Position numbers and translations under genes: made by a program
IMG/VR virus record: IMGVR_UViG_3300023202_000383
Coordinates: 124,001-188,000 of that record
DNA: 64,000 bases
Reading direction: 5' to 3' (one strand)
The notes under the pieces: model-generated
What the model was told of the DNA's origin: nothing
Databases searched by the model: none
Seen by the model: only the letters and a program-made list of their open reading frames with translations
Shown here: positions 8,805-16,381 of the stretch, in pieces
How positions within the stretch are numbered: position 1 is the first letter of the stretch
Layout: each line of letters begins with the position of its first letter

Positions 8805-8892
8805 GGAGCGTCAAGCAGATTGGCGACTGCACTGTTTTCGAACAGCAGCGAGCCTGAACAAGGCCTTGGGGGTTCGATTCCCTCACGCTCCG
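8805..8892 (+). tRNA. tRNA-Ser(CGA)
   Basis: CTGTT-TTCGAAC-AGCAG anticodon arm; long variable arm; G73. Confidence 0.82.
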
Positions 8893-8894
8893 TT

Positions 8895-9263
8895 ATGAAG
8901 TTAAGGCATAAATTACCAAACAGTAGCAAACGACCAACCACTATTAGAGAAGTGCTTGTTGTCACAATCGATAGAAAGCCAAAGACGCTGATAAGCCTAA
9001 TTTCTCAATCTATAGAGGATCCAGATAGAGAGATATTTTGGGTCATAACATATAGTTGGGATGCGTCGAGAGATGCTACATCGAGGCATGCTACATCATA
9101 CCTAACTAGATCTGTATTGGTAGATGCGAATTTGGAGAGATATGGTGCTATTATCAATGTTGGTAGTGATATCAACCCAGAGTATGGTGTTGACAGGACA
9201 ACTGAATTGGAAATAATTCCGACTAAAGAACAAATAATAAAAGCGATAAATAATAAATTTTAG
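8895..9263 (+). CDS. hypothetical protein
   Basis: ATG 3 nt after the tRNA-Ser discriminator, within ORF 8820..9263. Confidence 0.65.
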   Translation: MKLRHKLPNSSKRPTTIREVLVVTIDRKPKTLISLISQSIEDPDREIFWVITYSWDASRDATSRHATSYLTRSVLVDANLERYGAIINVGSDINPEYGVDRTTELEIIPTKEQIIKAINNKF

Positions 9264-9335
9264 CCTCCGTAGCTCAATTGGTAGAGCAGCGTGCTCTTAA
9301 CGCGTTTGTTGTAGGTTCGAGCCCTACCGGGGGTA
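9263..9335 (+). tRNA. tRNA-Lys(CTT)
   Basis: GCGTG-CTCTTAA-CGCGT. Confidence 0.9.
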
Positions 9336-9337
9336 TT

Positions 9338-9415
9338 GGGAGTGTAGCTCAGCTGGCAGAGTTCTCGGCTTTTAACCGAGCGTTTTGGGTTGCAAGCATT
9401 AACGGTGATGCACCT
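9338..9415 (+). pseudogene. tRNA fragments: 5' half of a Lys(TTT) tRNA followed by a second acceptor/D-arm remnant
   Basis: GGGAGTG-TA-GCTC..GAGT-T-CTCGG-CTTTTAA-CCGAG with no T-arm; then GGGTTGC-AA-GCAT-TAACGGTG-ATGC-A. Confidence 0.6.
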
Positions 9416-9488
9416 GGCCTCCTAACTCAATCGGCAGAGTTCTTGACTTTTAATCAAGATGTTCTGGGTTCGAATCCCAGGGAGGCCA
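9416..9488 (+). tRNA. tRNA-Lys(TTT)
   Basis: CTTGA-CTTTTAA-TCAAG; GGCCTCC/GGAGGCC. Confidence 0.9.
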
Positions 9489-9522
9489 TTTAAAGCATAC
9501 TTATGTCATTAAAATATAAGTT

Positions 9523-10257
9523 ATGGACCCAGATAAAATTCTTATTGCGTGGTATCGTAAGAACAAAGAGACTTTGTCTGCCAATGGAATGAAAAGTCTT
9601 GATGATGTTATTGGTTTTATGGGCTGGCCATCAGAAGAGGATTTTCAGCCTTATTTAGAAGATGGCGGAAGCGCACTAAATACATATGAAGAAGATTTGG
9701 GTCTCCCATTGCCAAAAGAAATAATGCAGTATAAGATAAGCAAATGGCTTGGTAGAGAGGTTAAAATCGATCACCCGCTTGTGGTCAATCCAGATAAATG
9801 GCGGGGGATAGAAATGGATTCGCAATTTGATTCCGAAGATCCAATTGAATATAAACAATACTGGTTGCTAGTATACAATTCTGCTGGCCCAGAATTTAAG
9901 AAAAATATGGGATCATATAAAGATGTTACGGGCCGTATCGAATCTCCGGAAGTTCGAGGGAAGCTATATTATACTAGCATAAATGGCGTACCGGTTTCTA
10001 TTGTTGCTGGCGATGACTCTGTTGCATTCTTAATCGACAACGAAAAGATCAAAATATTCGATTATGATGGAAACAGGTTATATAAAGAAACTGGTAGTGA
10101 TCCTGATGACTACCCGAAAGTGATCAGTTGGATATCTGGATATCCAGGCCTCGGGATTAAATTAGATGATTTGAACCAGTTGCACGCCATCCTTGGTAAT
10201 AAATTAGCTAACTTAGTGATTGGCAAAGACGATATAAGTGTGCTCGATTTGCCGTAA
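9523..10257 (+). CDS. hypothetical protein
   Basis: 244-aa ORF with AAATATA motif upstream. Confidence 0.75.
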   Translation: MDPDKILIAWYRKNKETLSANGMKSLDDVIGFMGWPSEEDFQPYLEDGGSALNTYEEDLGLPLPKEIMQYKISKWLGREVKIDHPLVVNPDKWRGIEMDSQFDSEDPIEYKQYWLLVYNSAGPEFKKNMGSYKDVTGRIESPEVRGKLYYTSINGVPVSIVAGDDSVAFLIDNEKIKIFDYDGNRLYKETGSDPDDYPKVISWISGYPGLGIKLDDLNQLHAILGNKLANLVIGKDDISVLDLP

Positions 10258-10267
10258 TTCTTAATAT

Positions 10268-10339
10268 GTGCCTATAGCTCAGTGGCAGAGCGTCACCTTG
10301 CCAAGGTGAATGTCGTGGGTTCAAATCCCACTAGGCACT
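10268..10339 (+). tRNA. tRNA-Gly(GCC)
   Basis: TCACC-TTGCCAA-GGTGA; U73. Confidence 0.92.
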
Positions 10340-10343
10340 TTCT

Positions 10344-10416
10344 GGCCCCGTAGCTCAATGGATTAGAGCAATGCACTACGGATGCAAAGATAGAGGTTCG
10401 AATCCTCTCGGGGCTA
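10344..10416 (+). tRNA. tRNA-Arg(ACG)
   Basis: loop CTACGGA; GGCCCCG/CGGGGCT. Confidence 0.88.
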
Positions 10417-10432
10417 TTTCCAAATATAAAGT

Positions 10433-10594
10433 GTGATATTTAACTCCAAATTTCAATTTTGGTGTGGCGCACTGGCTTTTGTGTTTGGGTTTATTGCAAC
10501 ATCTATATTATCTGAACTGGTTTGGTGTGTTATAGGTGTTGTAAGCCTTATTTGGGGATCGATCTTATATGAACTTAGAAGATGCGGCCAATAG
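10433..10594 (+). CDS. small two-TM membrane protein (53 aa)
   Basis: GTG-start ORF translated by hand; two hydrophobic stretches. Confidence 0.45.
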   Translation: MIFNSKFQFWCGALAFVFGFIATSILSELVWCVIGVVSLIWGSILYELRRCGQ

Positions 10595-10676
10595 GGTATT
10601 TTTCGTCACAGTTGGTGATGTCATAACAACGTGTAAAACCTCAACCTCATAGAGTGCAATAGCTCGGGAGAAAACA

Positions 10677-11429
10677 ATGTCTGAAAAGAAGAATCCACGT
10701 CTGAACCAGATCATCGCGGTGCTGACCGCCCGCAAGAACCAGTCCCAAAAGAGACTGACTGATCTGTATAAAATGGTCCAGAGACCCGATGCCTTTAACG
10801 GCATGAGCAAGGTCTACACTCCTCGCGATGAAGATGGGGTCAAGTTCCCGACTGACTCGAAGCGTGTCCAGTTTCGTGCTAAGGATGTGTTTGATCGTGC
10901 CGAAGAGATCCTTACTGATTTCTTCGATCTAGCACTCACCCAGGATTCTGGCAACCAAGTGGCTAAGGCTGATGTGGTTGTTGGTGGCGAGACGATCGCT
11001 ACTGATGTTCCTGTCTCGACGCTGCTTTTCTTTGAGAAGCAGCTGACCGACATGAGAACTTTGATCACTAACGTTCCTACTCTCGATCCCGCCCACGAAT
11101 GGGATTTCGATGACAACTCTGGGCTGTACCGGACCAAGGACGAGATCATCAGTACCAAGACGCAGAAGGTCGCCAAGCCGATCGTTCTGCATCCGCCCAC
11201 CAAGGAACACCCGGCCCAGACCGAAATGGTGACCGAAGATCAGGTCGTTGGCGACTGGCATACGACCTACCTGTCCGGTGCTATCAGCCAGAGACGCAGA
11301 GATCAGCTTCTGCAGCGTGTCGATAAGCTGATCGATGCCGTCAAGACGGCTCGCGAGGAAGCCAACGCGATCGAAGTCGAACAACGCAAGGTCGGCAACA
11401 AGCTTATGGCCTTCCTGTTCTCCGAATAA
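10677..11429 (+). CDS. conserved helical protein of unknown function (LNQIIA...LLFFEKQL...HPAQ...AREEAN family)
   Basis: motifs I recall from a widespread uncharacterised bacterial/phage family; visibly more GC-rich than its flanks. Confidence 0.8.
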   Translation: MSEKKNPRLNQIIAVLTARKNQSQKRLTDLYKMVQRPDAFNGMSKVYTPRDEDGVKFPTDSKRVQFRAKDVFDRAEEILTDFFDLALTQDSGNQVAKADVVVGGETIATDVPVSTLLFFEKQLTDMRTLITNVPTLDPAHEWDFDDNSGLYRTKDEIISTKTQKVAKPIVLHPPTKEHPAQTEMVTEDQVVGDWHTTYLSGAISQRRRDQLLQRVDKLIDAVKTAREEANAIEVEQRKVGNKLMAFLFSE

Positions 11430-11433
11430 CTAT

Positions 11434-11898
11434 CAAACCCCTCCCCCTAGGATGGGGGAGGGGCTCCCATAGCTGGAGCCAAACTTAGACTTAAGCTCAA
11501 GTTAAATAAAAGCGTGACAGTGTGTGGTTCGAATCCCGCCCCCGGCATTCAAACTAACCCTAAGCCGGGGTAGCCCAATGGCAGAGGCAGCGCGAATAAA
11601 AGTCAAGTTATTGCTCCCAAGCTCAAGCGTGCTGTTCATCGTCTCGAACTCCAACCCCTGGATGCCTGGTGCTGGTTCGAATCCGGCCCTCCCCTTTCTG
11701 GTTTGAAGCACGCGAAAACATCGGGGAGGTAGCTCAAGGGCAGAGCAAGGTATATGAAGCTAAGGGAAGGATTAAACGGAAATGTGGCGATGAAGTGAGC
11801 AACAGGCCAGCGCGGATACAAAGAACTATCTCTTGAAAAGATAGTGGACTTGTAATCCACTCCGCCCCCGTAGCAGGGTATGCTACGGGGGCTTTTTA
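11434..11898 (+). ncRNA. structured RNA with two circularly permuted tRNA-like modules (Y RNA/YrlA-like topology)
   Basis: T-arm, then 3' acceptor strand, loop, 5' acceptor strand and D-arm, twice (11522-11589 and 11671-11747); perfect 7-bp acceptor helices; ends in a terminator. Confidence 0.75.
11864..11898 (+). terminator. intrinsic terminator
   Basis: GCCCCCGTAGCA/TGCTACGGGGGC 12-bp stem plus T-run. Confidence 0.85.
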
Positions 11899-12031
11899 TA
11901 AAACAATCGGCAGAAATGCCGTTGCGATAACCGGTTCCAGGCTCCAAAGGTTGGAGCAAAAACTAGGGATTGCGCACTAATCCCGCCTCTTACTGGTGCC
12001 GATTTGCCCGTCTCCACCCGAGCGGGCAAAT

Positions 12032-12103
12032 GCGCTATTGGTGTAATAGGAAACACGCCACTCTTCCAAAGTGGAATTATCAGTTCGATTCTGATATGGC
12101 GCA
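12032..12103 (+). tRNA. tRNA-Gly(TCC)
   Basis: CCACT-CTTCCAA-AGTGG; GCGCTAT/ATGGCGC; A73. Confidence 0.85.
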
Positions 12104-12125
12104 TTAGTTCGAATAATGCAGAATC

Positions 12126-12473
12126 ATGAATCTTCATAAAATAATTGCAAAGACCATTGTCGATGAATTGAATTTAAATTCTGCTTATATGGTAAAATCA
12201 AATAAACATAGGTCGTTCATAAGACAATATGGTACCACTAGAGAAGATGCGATTATAGAAAATGATAAAGTATATATAGGAATCAGATATAGAAGAATCG
12301 AATTCGACCCATGCGATCCAGATTTCGATCCGATAAGAATCGAATTCGACCCATGCGATCCAGATTTCGATCCGATAAGAATCGAATTCGACCCATGCGA
12401 TCCAGATTTCGATCCGATAATATTTTCATCAAAGATCGCAAACAAAATAGACAATTTACCGCCACTTCCTTAA
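12126..12473 (+). CDS. hypothetical protein with 3 x RIEFDPCDPDFDPI repeat
   Basis: ORF track; repeat visible in the DNA. Confidence 0.65.
   Translation: MNLHKIIAKTIVDELNLNSAYMVKSNKHRSFIRQYGTTREDAIIENDKVYIGIRYRRIEFDPCDPDFDPIRIEFDPCDPDFDPIRIEFDPCDPDFDPIIFSSKIANKIDNLPPLP
12294..12419 (+). repeat. perfect 42-bp tandem repeat x3 (coding)
   Basis: AGAATCGAATTCGACCCATGCGATCCAGATTTCGATCCGATA three times with no spacers. Confidence 0.95.
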
Positions 12474-12491
12474 AACAGGTATTTTATTGTC

Positions 12492-13004
12492 ATGGCCCAG
12501 AAAAAGAAACAGCGAGAATATACTCAGGAAGAAATTTCTGGAGCCTTGGAGAAGCTTGATCAAATATTAAGACATATCAAATTAGTCCAAGATGCTTGTC
12601 ATCTACTCGGTAGAAGATTGATTCAAGATGGGGATGTTCAACTTGGGTTGAATCTAATAAGAAATAGCTTCAAGCACGACAATAGCAAGTTTTATGGTCT
12701 AGAGTGGGAGCATATTGCTACAGCCGTGTCAGACAATAAAGATATTCAACAATTAGTTATTTACCATCATCGAATGATAAATGATCACCATCCTGAATTT
12801 TGGGACGGGATCGACCATATGCCGCAGGTTTCTTTAGCAGAATGCGTATGTGATTGGTACGCTAGAAGCACTGAATTCGCCACTGATCTCAGGGAATGGA
12901 TAAATAAAGAAGCATTAGATAGATATGATGTTTCTAAACACAGCAAAACATACAAATCAATAAAACGGTATGTTGATTTGTTGGTAGAGAAACCATTTAA
13001 ATGA
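12492..13004 (+). CDS. HD-like putative phosphohydrolase (DUF5662-like)
   Basis: KHDNSKF, HH...NDHHPEFW, LAECVCDWYA motifs. Confidence 0.65.
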   Translation: MAQKKKQREYTQEEISGALEKLDQILRHIKLVQDACHLLGRRLIQDGDVQLGLNLIRNSFKHDNSKFYGLEWEHIATAVSDNKDIQQLVIYHHRMINDHHPEFWDGIDHMPQVSLAECVCDWYARSTEFATDLREWINKEALDRYDVSKHSKTYKSIKRYVDLLVEKPFK

Positions 13005-13194
13005 GGAATATTATGGATCGTCGCAATTATAAAGCTGCTTGATGTGAACGATGATTACAAGCCATTTATGATATATGGTTGGATAGAATTAAGGCAACAT
13101 TGTTTTGATAACAAGAAGTTGTTGTCCATTAGCGATTACACCAGAGCAAATACAATGTCTGTCGATAAGTGGGAACAAGCATACTTGTAATTAT

Positions 13195-13267
13195 GCCGAT
13201 GTAGCTCAATTGGTAGAGCAGTTCTCTCGTAAAGAACAGGTCGTCGGTTCAAGCCCGACCATCGGCT
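13195..13267 (+). tRNA. tRNA-Thr(CGT)
   Basis: GTTCT-CTCGTAA-AGAAC. Confidence 0.92.
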
Positions 13268-13269
13268 TT

Positions 13270-13584
13270 ATGAAATCATTGAGAAGCTTTAGGAGGAAGG
13301 TTCTCAGCATTAAAGCCTCTGCGGAGTTGAGCTGCGCCAAATCAACAAAATATCATAGGCTGTTTCTTGAATGCGGCCATATTGTAAATCAACATAAAGA
13401 CAGAAAAATGTGGAGCATGAGAGTGACACTTGTTAAAAAGGGTTATGGTCCCTTTTTCACATGTTGCAAAATGTGTCAATCAAATGAGCCGCCTTCATTG
13501 GATATCACGACAAAAGAGTATGAAGTATTGCCGAAAGACGTGAGAGCCAAAATAGATAAACAGCTTGACAAAATGGTCAAATAA
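13270..13584 (+). CDS. hypothetical protein (Cys-containing)
   Basis: ATG 3 nt after the tRNA-Thr discriminator. Confidence 0.6.
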   Translation: MKSLRSFRRKVLSIKASAELSCAKSTKYHRLFLECGHIVNQHKDRKMWSMRVTLVKKGYGPFFTCCKMCQSNEPPSLDITTKEYEVLPKDVRAKIDKQLDKMVK

Positions 13585-13877
13585 TGTATTATGGCAGCCC
13601 AGAATATCACCGAGTAGTTGGATATAAAGGCGGAAGAATCATATATAATCCTGATCCTGAGACGAATTGTGCAATGTATGTGATTAATGTTAATCACAAA
13701 ACAAAATGTGGTTGGCTCGTGGATGTTAATGGAAAACGCGTGAAACCGATAATAAGCAAAGAAGTAACTGGAGAAGATATTTGCCACAAGCGATGGTACA
13801 GAGTCGGCAGCGGCATACATGTTGAGCATTTAGTAGAAGAAGCCGAGTATTATTTGCGGTGGTGCATGGCTCCATAG
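13584..13877 (+). CDS. hypothetical protein
   Basis: 97 aa; TAATG coupling to the upstream gene. Confidence 0.6.
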   Translation: MYYGSPEYHRVVGYKGGRIIYNPDPETNCAMYVINVNHKTKCGWLVDVNGKRVKPIISKEVTGEDICHKRWYRVGSGIHVEHLVEEAEYYLRWCMAP

Positions 13878-13938
13878 TTAAATGGCATAACACGTTCTTG
13901 GTACGAACGGATTGTGGGTTCAACTCCCGCTGGAGCCT
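13868..13938 (+). tRNA. tRNA-Thr(GGT)
   Basis: CGTTC-TTGGTAC-GAACG; GGCTCCA/TGGAGCC. Confidence 0.88.
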
Positions 13939-13953
13939 TTATTAGGAGATAAA

Positions 13954-14184
13954 ATGAGCAACAAGAAAGATCTTAGAGATATGGCGGCTATCATCTTTAA
14001 TGGATGTATTATTAGAGGGGTGGCAGGTCCCGACCACTCTGCTGGCGATAACAATAAAGCCATTAAGTTTGCTGTTGCCTGCGGGAAAAAGTTGATTGAC
14101 CGTGCCGATAAAGAAGCCCCAGCTGAGTCAGATATGCCTCCTCAAAGTGTGCTTAATGCTCCTTTGCCAGATCAGAATGTTTGA
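13954..14184 (+). CDS. hypothetical protein
   Basis: AGGAG SD; ATG 13954. Confidence 0.65.
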   Translation: MSNKKDLRDMAAIIFNGCIIRGVAGPDHSAGDNNKAIKFAVACGKKLIDRADKEAPAESDMPPQSVLNAPLPDQNV

Positions 14185-14440
14185 CAGACAAATCCAATCA
14201 AGCAGATGGGTTCTCGATAAGGCTATGATTGTGTTCTTTGTTAATGTATTTCTCGACAATCCGAATGAAATATTTAAAGACTTTGATCCGGGCAAGAAGC
14301 CAAAGCCGAAGATTTGGGTTGAATTAACTGGATTCTTGTTTTGCAGGAATTCCACATTTACTGAAACTCAAACAAGAGCTGATGCTAAAATTAGAGCTGC
14401 ATTTGATGTAGACAAGATGTTGACATGTGGGGGATTATGA
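14177..14440 (+). CDS. hypothetical protein
   Basis: internal ATG overlapping the upstream stop. Confidence 0.55.
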   Translation: MFDRQIQSSRWVLDKAMIVFFVNVFLDNPNEIFKDFDPGKKPKPKIWVELTGFLFCRNSTFTETQTRADAKIRAAFDVDKMLTCGGL

Positions 14441-14631
14441 TTTCAAAATATAGTGTTAATACCAAAACTAATTCATTTCATCTTTGCCATGTTTTTGATG
14501 CATCAAAAAAAGAATTTGTGGTATCTAATAATCCGAGCATTGCATGCCATGATAGTAATTATATAATCAATAGAGATGAATTAATGGAACACATCGGAGA
14601 ATGTGTTGAAGAAATACTAACTAATGAATAA
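14437..14631 (+). CDS. hypothetical protein
   Basis: ATGA overlap. Confidence 0.5.
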   Translation: MISKYSVNTKTNSFHLCHVFDASKKEFVVSNNPSIACHDSNYIINRDELMEHIGECVEEILTNE

Positions 14632-14866
14632 AAAGTTAGAACAAATACCGAAAGGTCACTATTGTTACAATAAAGATGGCGTGTGCCCGCATTGGGAGAA
14701 TCATCCAGAATATGGTGAGCAGAACAGTGGGTACTGCAGCTTGCTAGAGATTGGAGACTGGATGTTTGTTCCGGAAAATCAATGGATTGGGAAAGATGGC
14801 ATTATCCGGCACATGGGACTGTTGTGGGACAAAGTCAAAATCTGTGAGAAGAATGAAGACAAATGA
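14624..14866 (+). CDS. hypothetical protein (IPKGHYCY...CPHW motif)
   Basis: 80-aa ORF with Cys motifs. Confidence 0.6.
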   Translation: MNKKLEQIPKGHYCYNKDGVCPHWENHPEYGEQNSGYCSLLEIGDWMFVPENQWIGKDGIIRHMGLLWDKVKICEKNEDK

Positions 14867-14914
14867 AGGAAATAGTAAGCAAAATATGTAACCAAACTCT
14901 TGTGCAAATAAAAG

Positions 14915-15112
14915 ATGCCATATCTGATTTATTGGAAAGGCGATCGAATGGTGAATAAAGCGTCCAGTATGCTTTCAATAGCTAACCTACTAATTGCAAA
15001 AAACATGGTAGATAAGTCACTTGGCGATGAATCCAAATTACCGTTTTGGATCCGCAAAGAATGCAAGCATCGTGACTTATCTTTATCGGAGTGGATAAAA
15101 GTAATACCTTGA
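14915..15112 (+). CDS. hypothetical protein
   Basis: 65-aa ORF. Confidence 0.45.
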   Translation: MPYLIYWKGDRMVNKASSMLSIANLLIAKNMVDKSLGDESKLPFWIRKECKHRDLSLSEWIKVIP

Positions 15113-15156
15113 TTGTACGTGATAAAACAGATCTCAGATTATGTCCCACAATAGAA

Positions 15157-15230
15157 GGCCCTGTATCCCAACTGGCAGAGGAATGACGCTTAAAACGTCA
15201 GAGTTGGCGGTTCGAATCCGCCCAGGGCTA
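15157..15230 (+). tRNA. tRNA-Leu(TAA), short variable loop
   Basis: TGACG-CTTAAAA-CGTCA; variable region only GAGTT. Confidence 0.85.
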
Positions 15231-15232
15231 TT

Positions 15233-15433
15233 ATGCTTGACAAGGATGGCCTTTATTCTGTTGACTTGCCATATGCTTGTTATGGCATTGTGATTGAGAA
15301 TGGTGTTGTTATAGAAGCGGCTAATATAGCGGGATGGATGACGGGAAAGCGTGCTGAGGATGTCGAAAGATGGTTGATCAAAAAGAACGCGAAAATGATC
15401 GGTCCGCTTGAGCATCATTTGCCGAATTCATAA
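15233..15433 (+). CDS. hypothetical protein
   Basis: ATG 3 nt after the tRNA discriminator. Confidence 0.6.
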   Translation: MLDKDGLYSVDLPYACYGIVIENGVVIEAANIAGWMTGKRAEDVERWLIKKNAKMIGPLEHHLPNS

Positions 15434-16053
15434 CCAAAATATTTTATGTCTTTCTTGAACACTTTGGCGACTATATCTTTGGTTTTGTCTGTATAATGCT
15501 CCCAGTATGGTTTTCTTGGTCTGCTTGACTTATTCAGATGCGGTATCTTGTGCTTGCCAAGGCCAATTCTGTCCAATACTTCATTTGTGTCGTGTTCAAA
15601 ATTTTCGAATCTTCCTATGAAATCCATTGCAACATTTCCGTTGTGATCGGTTATCCAATCTAATTGAAGCCTATGGTCCCAATTAGAGACATATTCTTCA
15701 AACGGCATGTTTTTGGTTGAATATGGCATGCCATCGAACATGTCGTCCTTTTTATAAAAATAGTGCGACACGGCCCTGTCCCAGGGATTTCTGACAAACG
15801 CGAATTTGAAATAATCATCTAGGTCTATATTGCACCTATCTACATACTCTCTTATTGTCCAATGGCCACCGGTCCAATTTTTAAGTGCCTCTTTCGATTT
15901 TTTAGTCTTTTGTGGATAAAGATTGGCTATGTCTTCATTAGAAATGTCATCTAATACATCTAGGTCGTGGGTATTAACCAGGATGCATTTTAAACTTATG
16001 CCCCCAGTTTTTGGTATCCTAACGCCCAGCCACTTGTGCTCGGAATTCATCAT
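15415..16053 (-). CDS. sulfotransferase family 2 protein
   Basis: VRIPKTGG, FAFVRNPWDRAVSHY, DFIGRFEN. Confidence 0.88.
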   Translation of the reverse strand: MMNSEHKWLGVRIPKTGGISLKCILVNTHDLDVLDDISNEDIANLYPQKTKKSKEALKNWTGGHWTIREYVDRCNIDLDDYFKFAFVRNPWDRAVSHYFYKKDDMFDGMPYSTKNMPFEEYVSNWDHRLQLDWITDHNGNVAMDFIGRFENFEHDTNEVLDRIGLGKHKIPHLNKSSRPRKPYWEHYTDKTKDIVAKVFKKDIKYFGYEFGK

Positions 16054-16212
16054 GATAATTAAATACTGATATGGGACGATTAGACACTGAATTTATATCT
16101 TAAGTCATTAACTGCAGCAGTTGATGATGGTGCTGTACGCATAGGTCGGTGAGCATAGAGCTAACCGAGGATAAAATGTAATAGATAAATCCATTGATAA
16201 ATGGCTTAATAC

Positions 16213-16284
16213 GCCCTCGTAGCTCAGCGGAAGAGCAGCTGCCTTCTAAGCAGCAGGCCGCAGGTTCGAATCCTGCCGGGGGTA
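16213..16284 (+). tRNA. tRNA-Arg(TCT)
   Basis: GCTGC-CTTCTAA-GCAGC. Confidence 0.92.
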
Positions 16285-16286
16285 TT

Positions 16287-16360
16287 GTGACTGGAGCTCG
16301 GTCTGGTAGAGCACCTGATTGTGGTTCAGGGGGTCGCGGGTTCAAATCCCGTCAGTCACC
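16287..16360 (+). tRNA. tRNA-His(GTG)
   Basis: CCTGA-TTGTGGT-TCAGG; C73; base at -1 is T. Confidence 0.9.
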
Positions 16361-16381
16361 TTTACAACAAATATTCTATGG

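Noticed and set aside
8821-8845. Reading tRNA 8805 as Arg(TCG) or as having a 6-nt loop
   Set aside because: The register CTGTT/AGCAG gives a full stem with a 7-nt CGA loop, matching the Ser-type body.
8820-8894. ORF-track N-termini that run through tRNAs (also 6582, 13105, 13912, 16319, 29379, 30067)
   Set aside because: These are upstream extensions through tRNA sequence. Better starts lie after the tRNA, except for the GT29-like and NUDIX cases reported as findings.
11522-11747. Permuted tmRNA
   Set aside because: No G3-U70 alanine identity pair, full D-stems are present, there are two modules, and no tag ORF was recognised.
12294-12419. CRISPR array
   Set aside because: The repeats are contiguous, without spacers, and in-frame within an ORF. 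No cas genes were seen.
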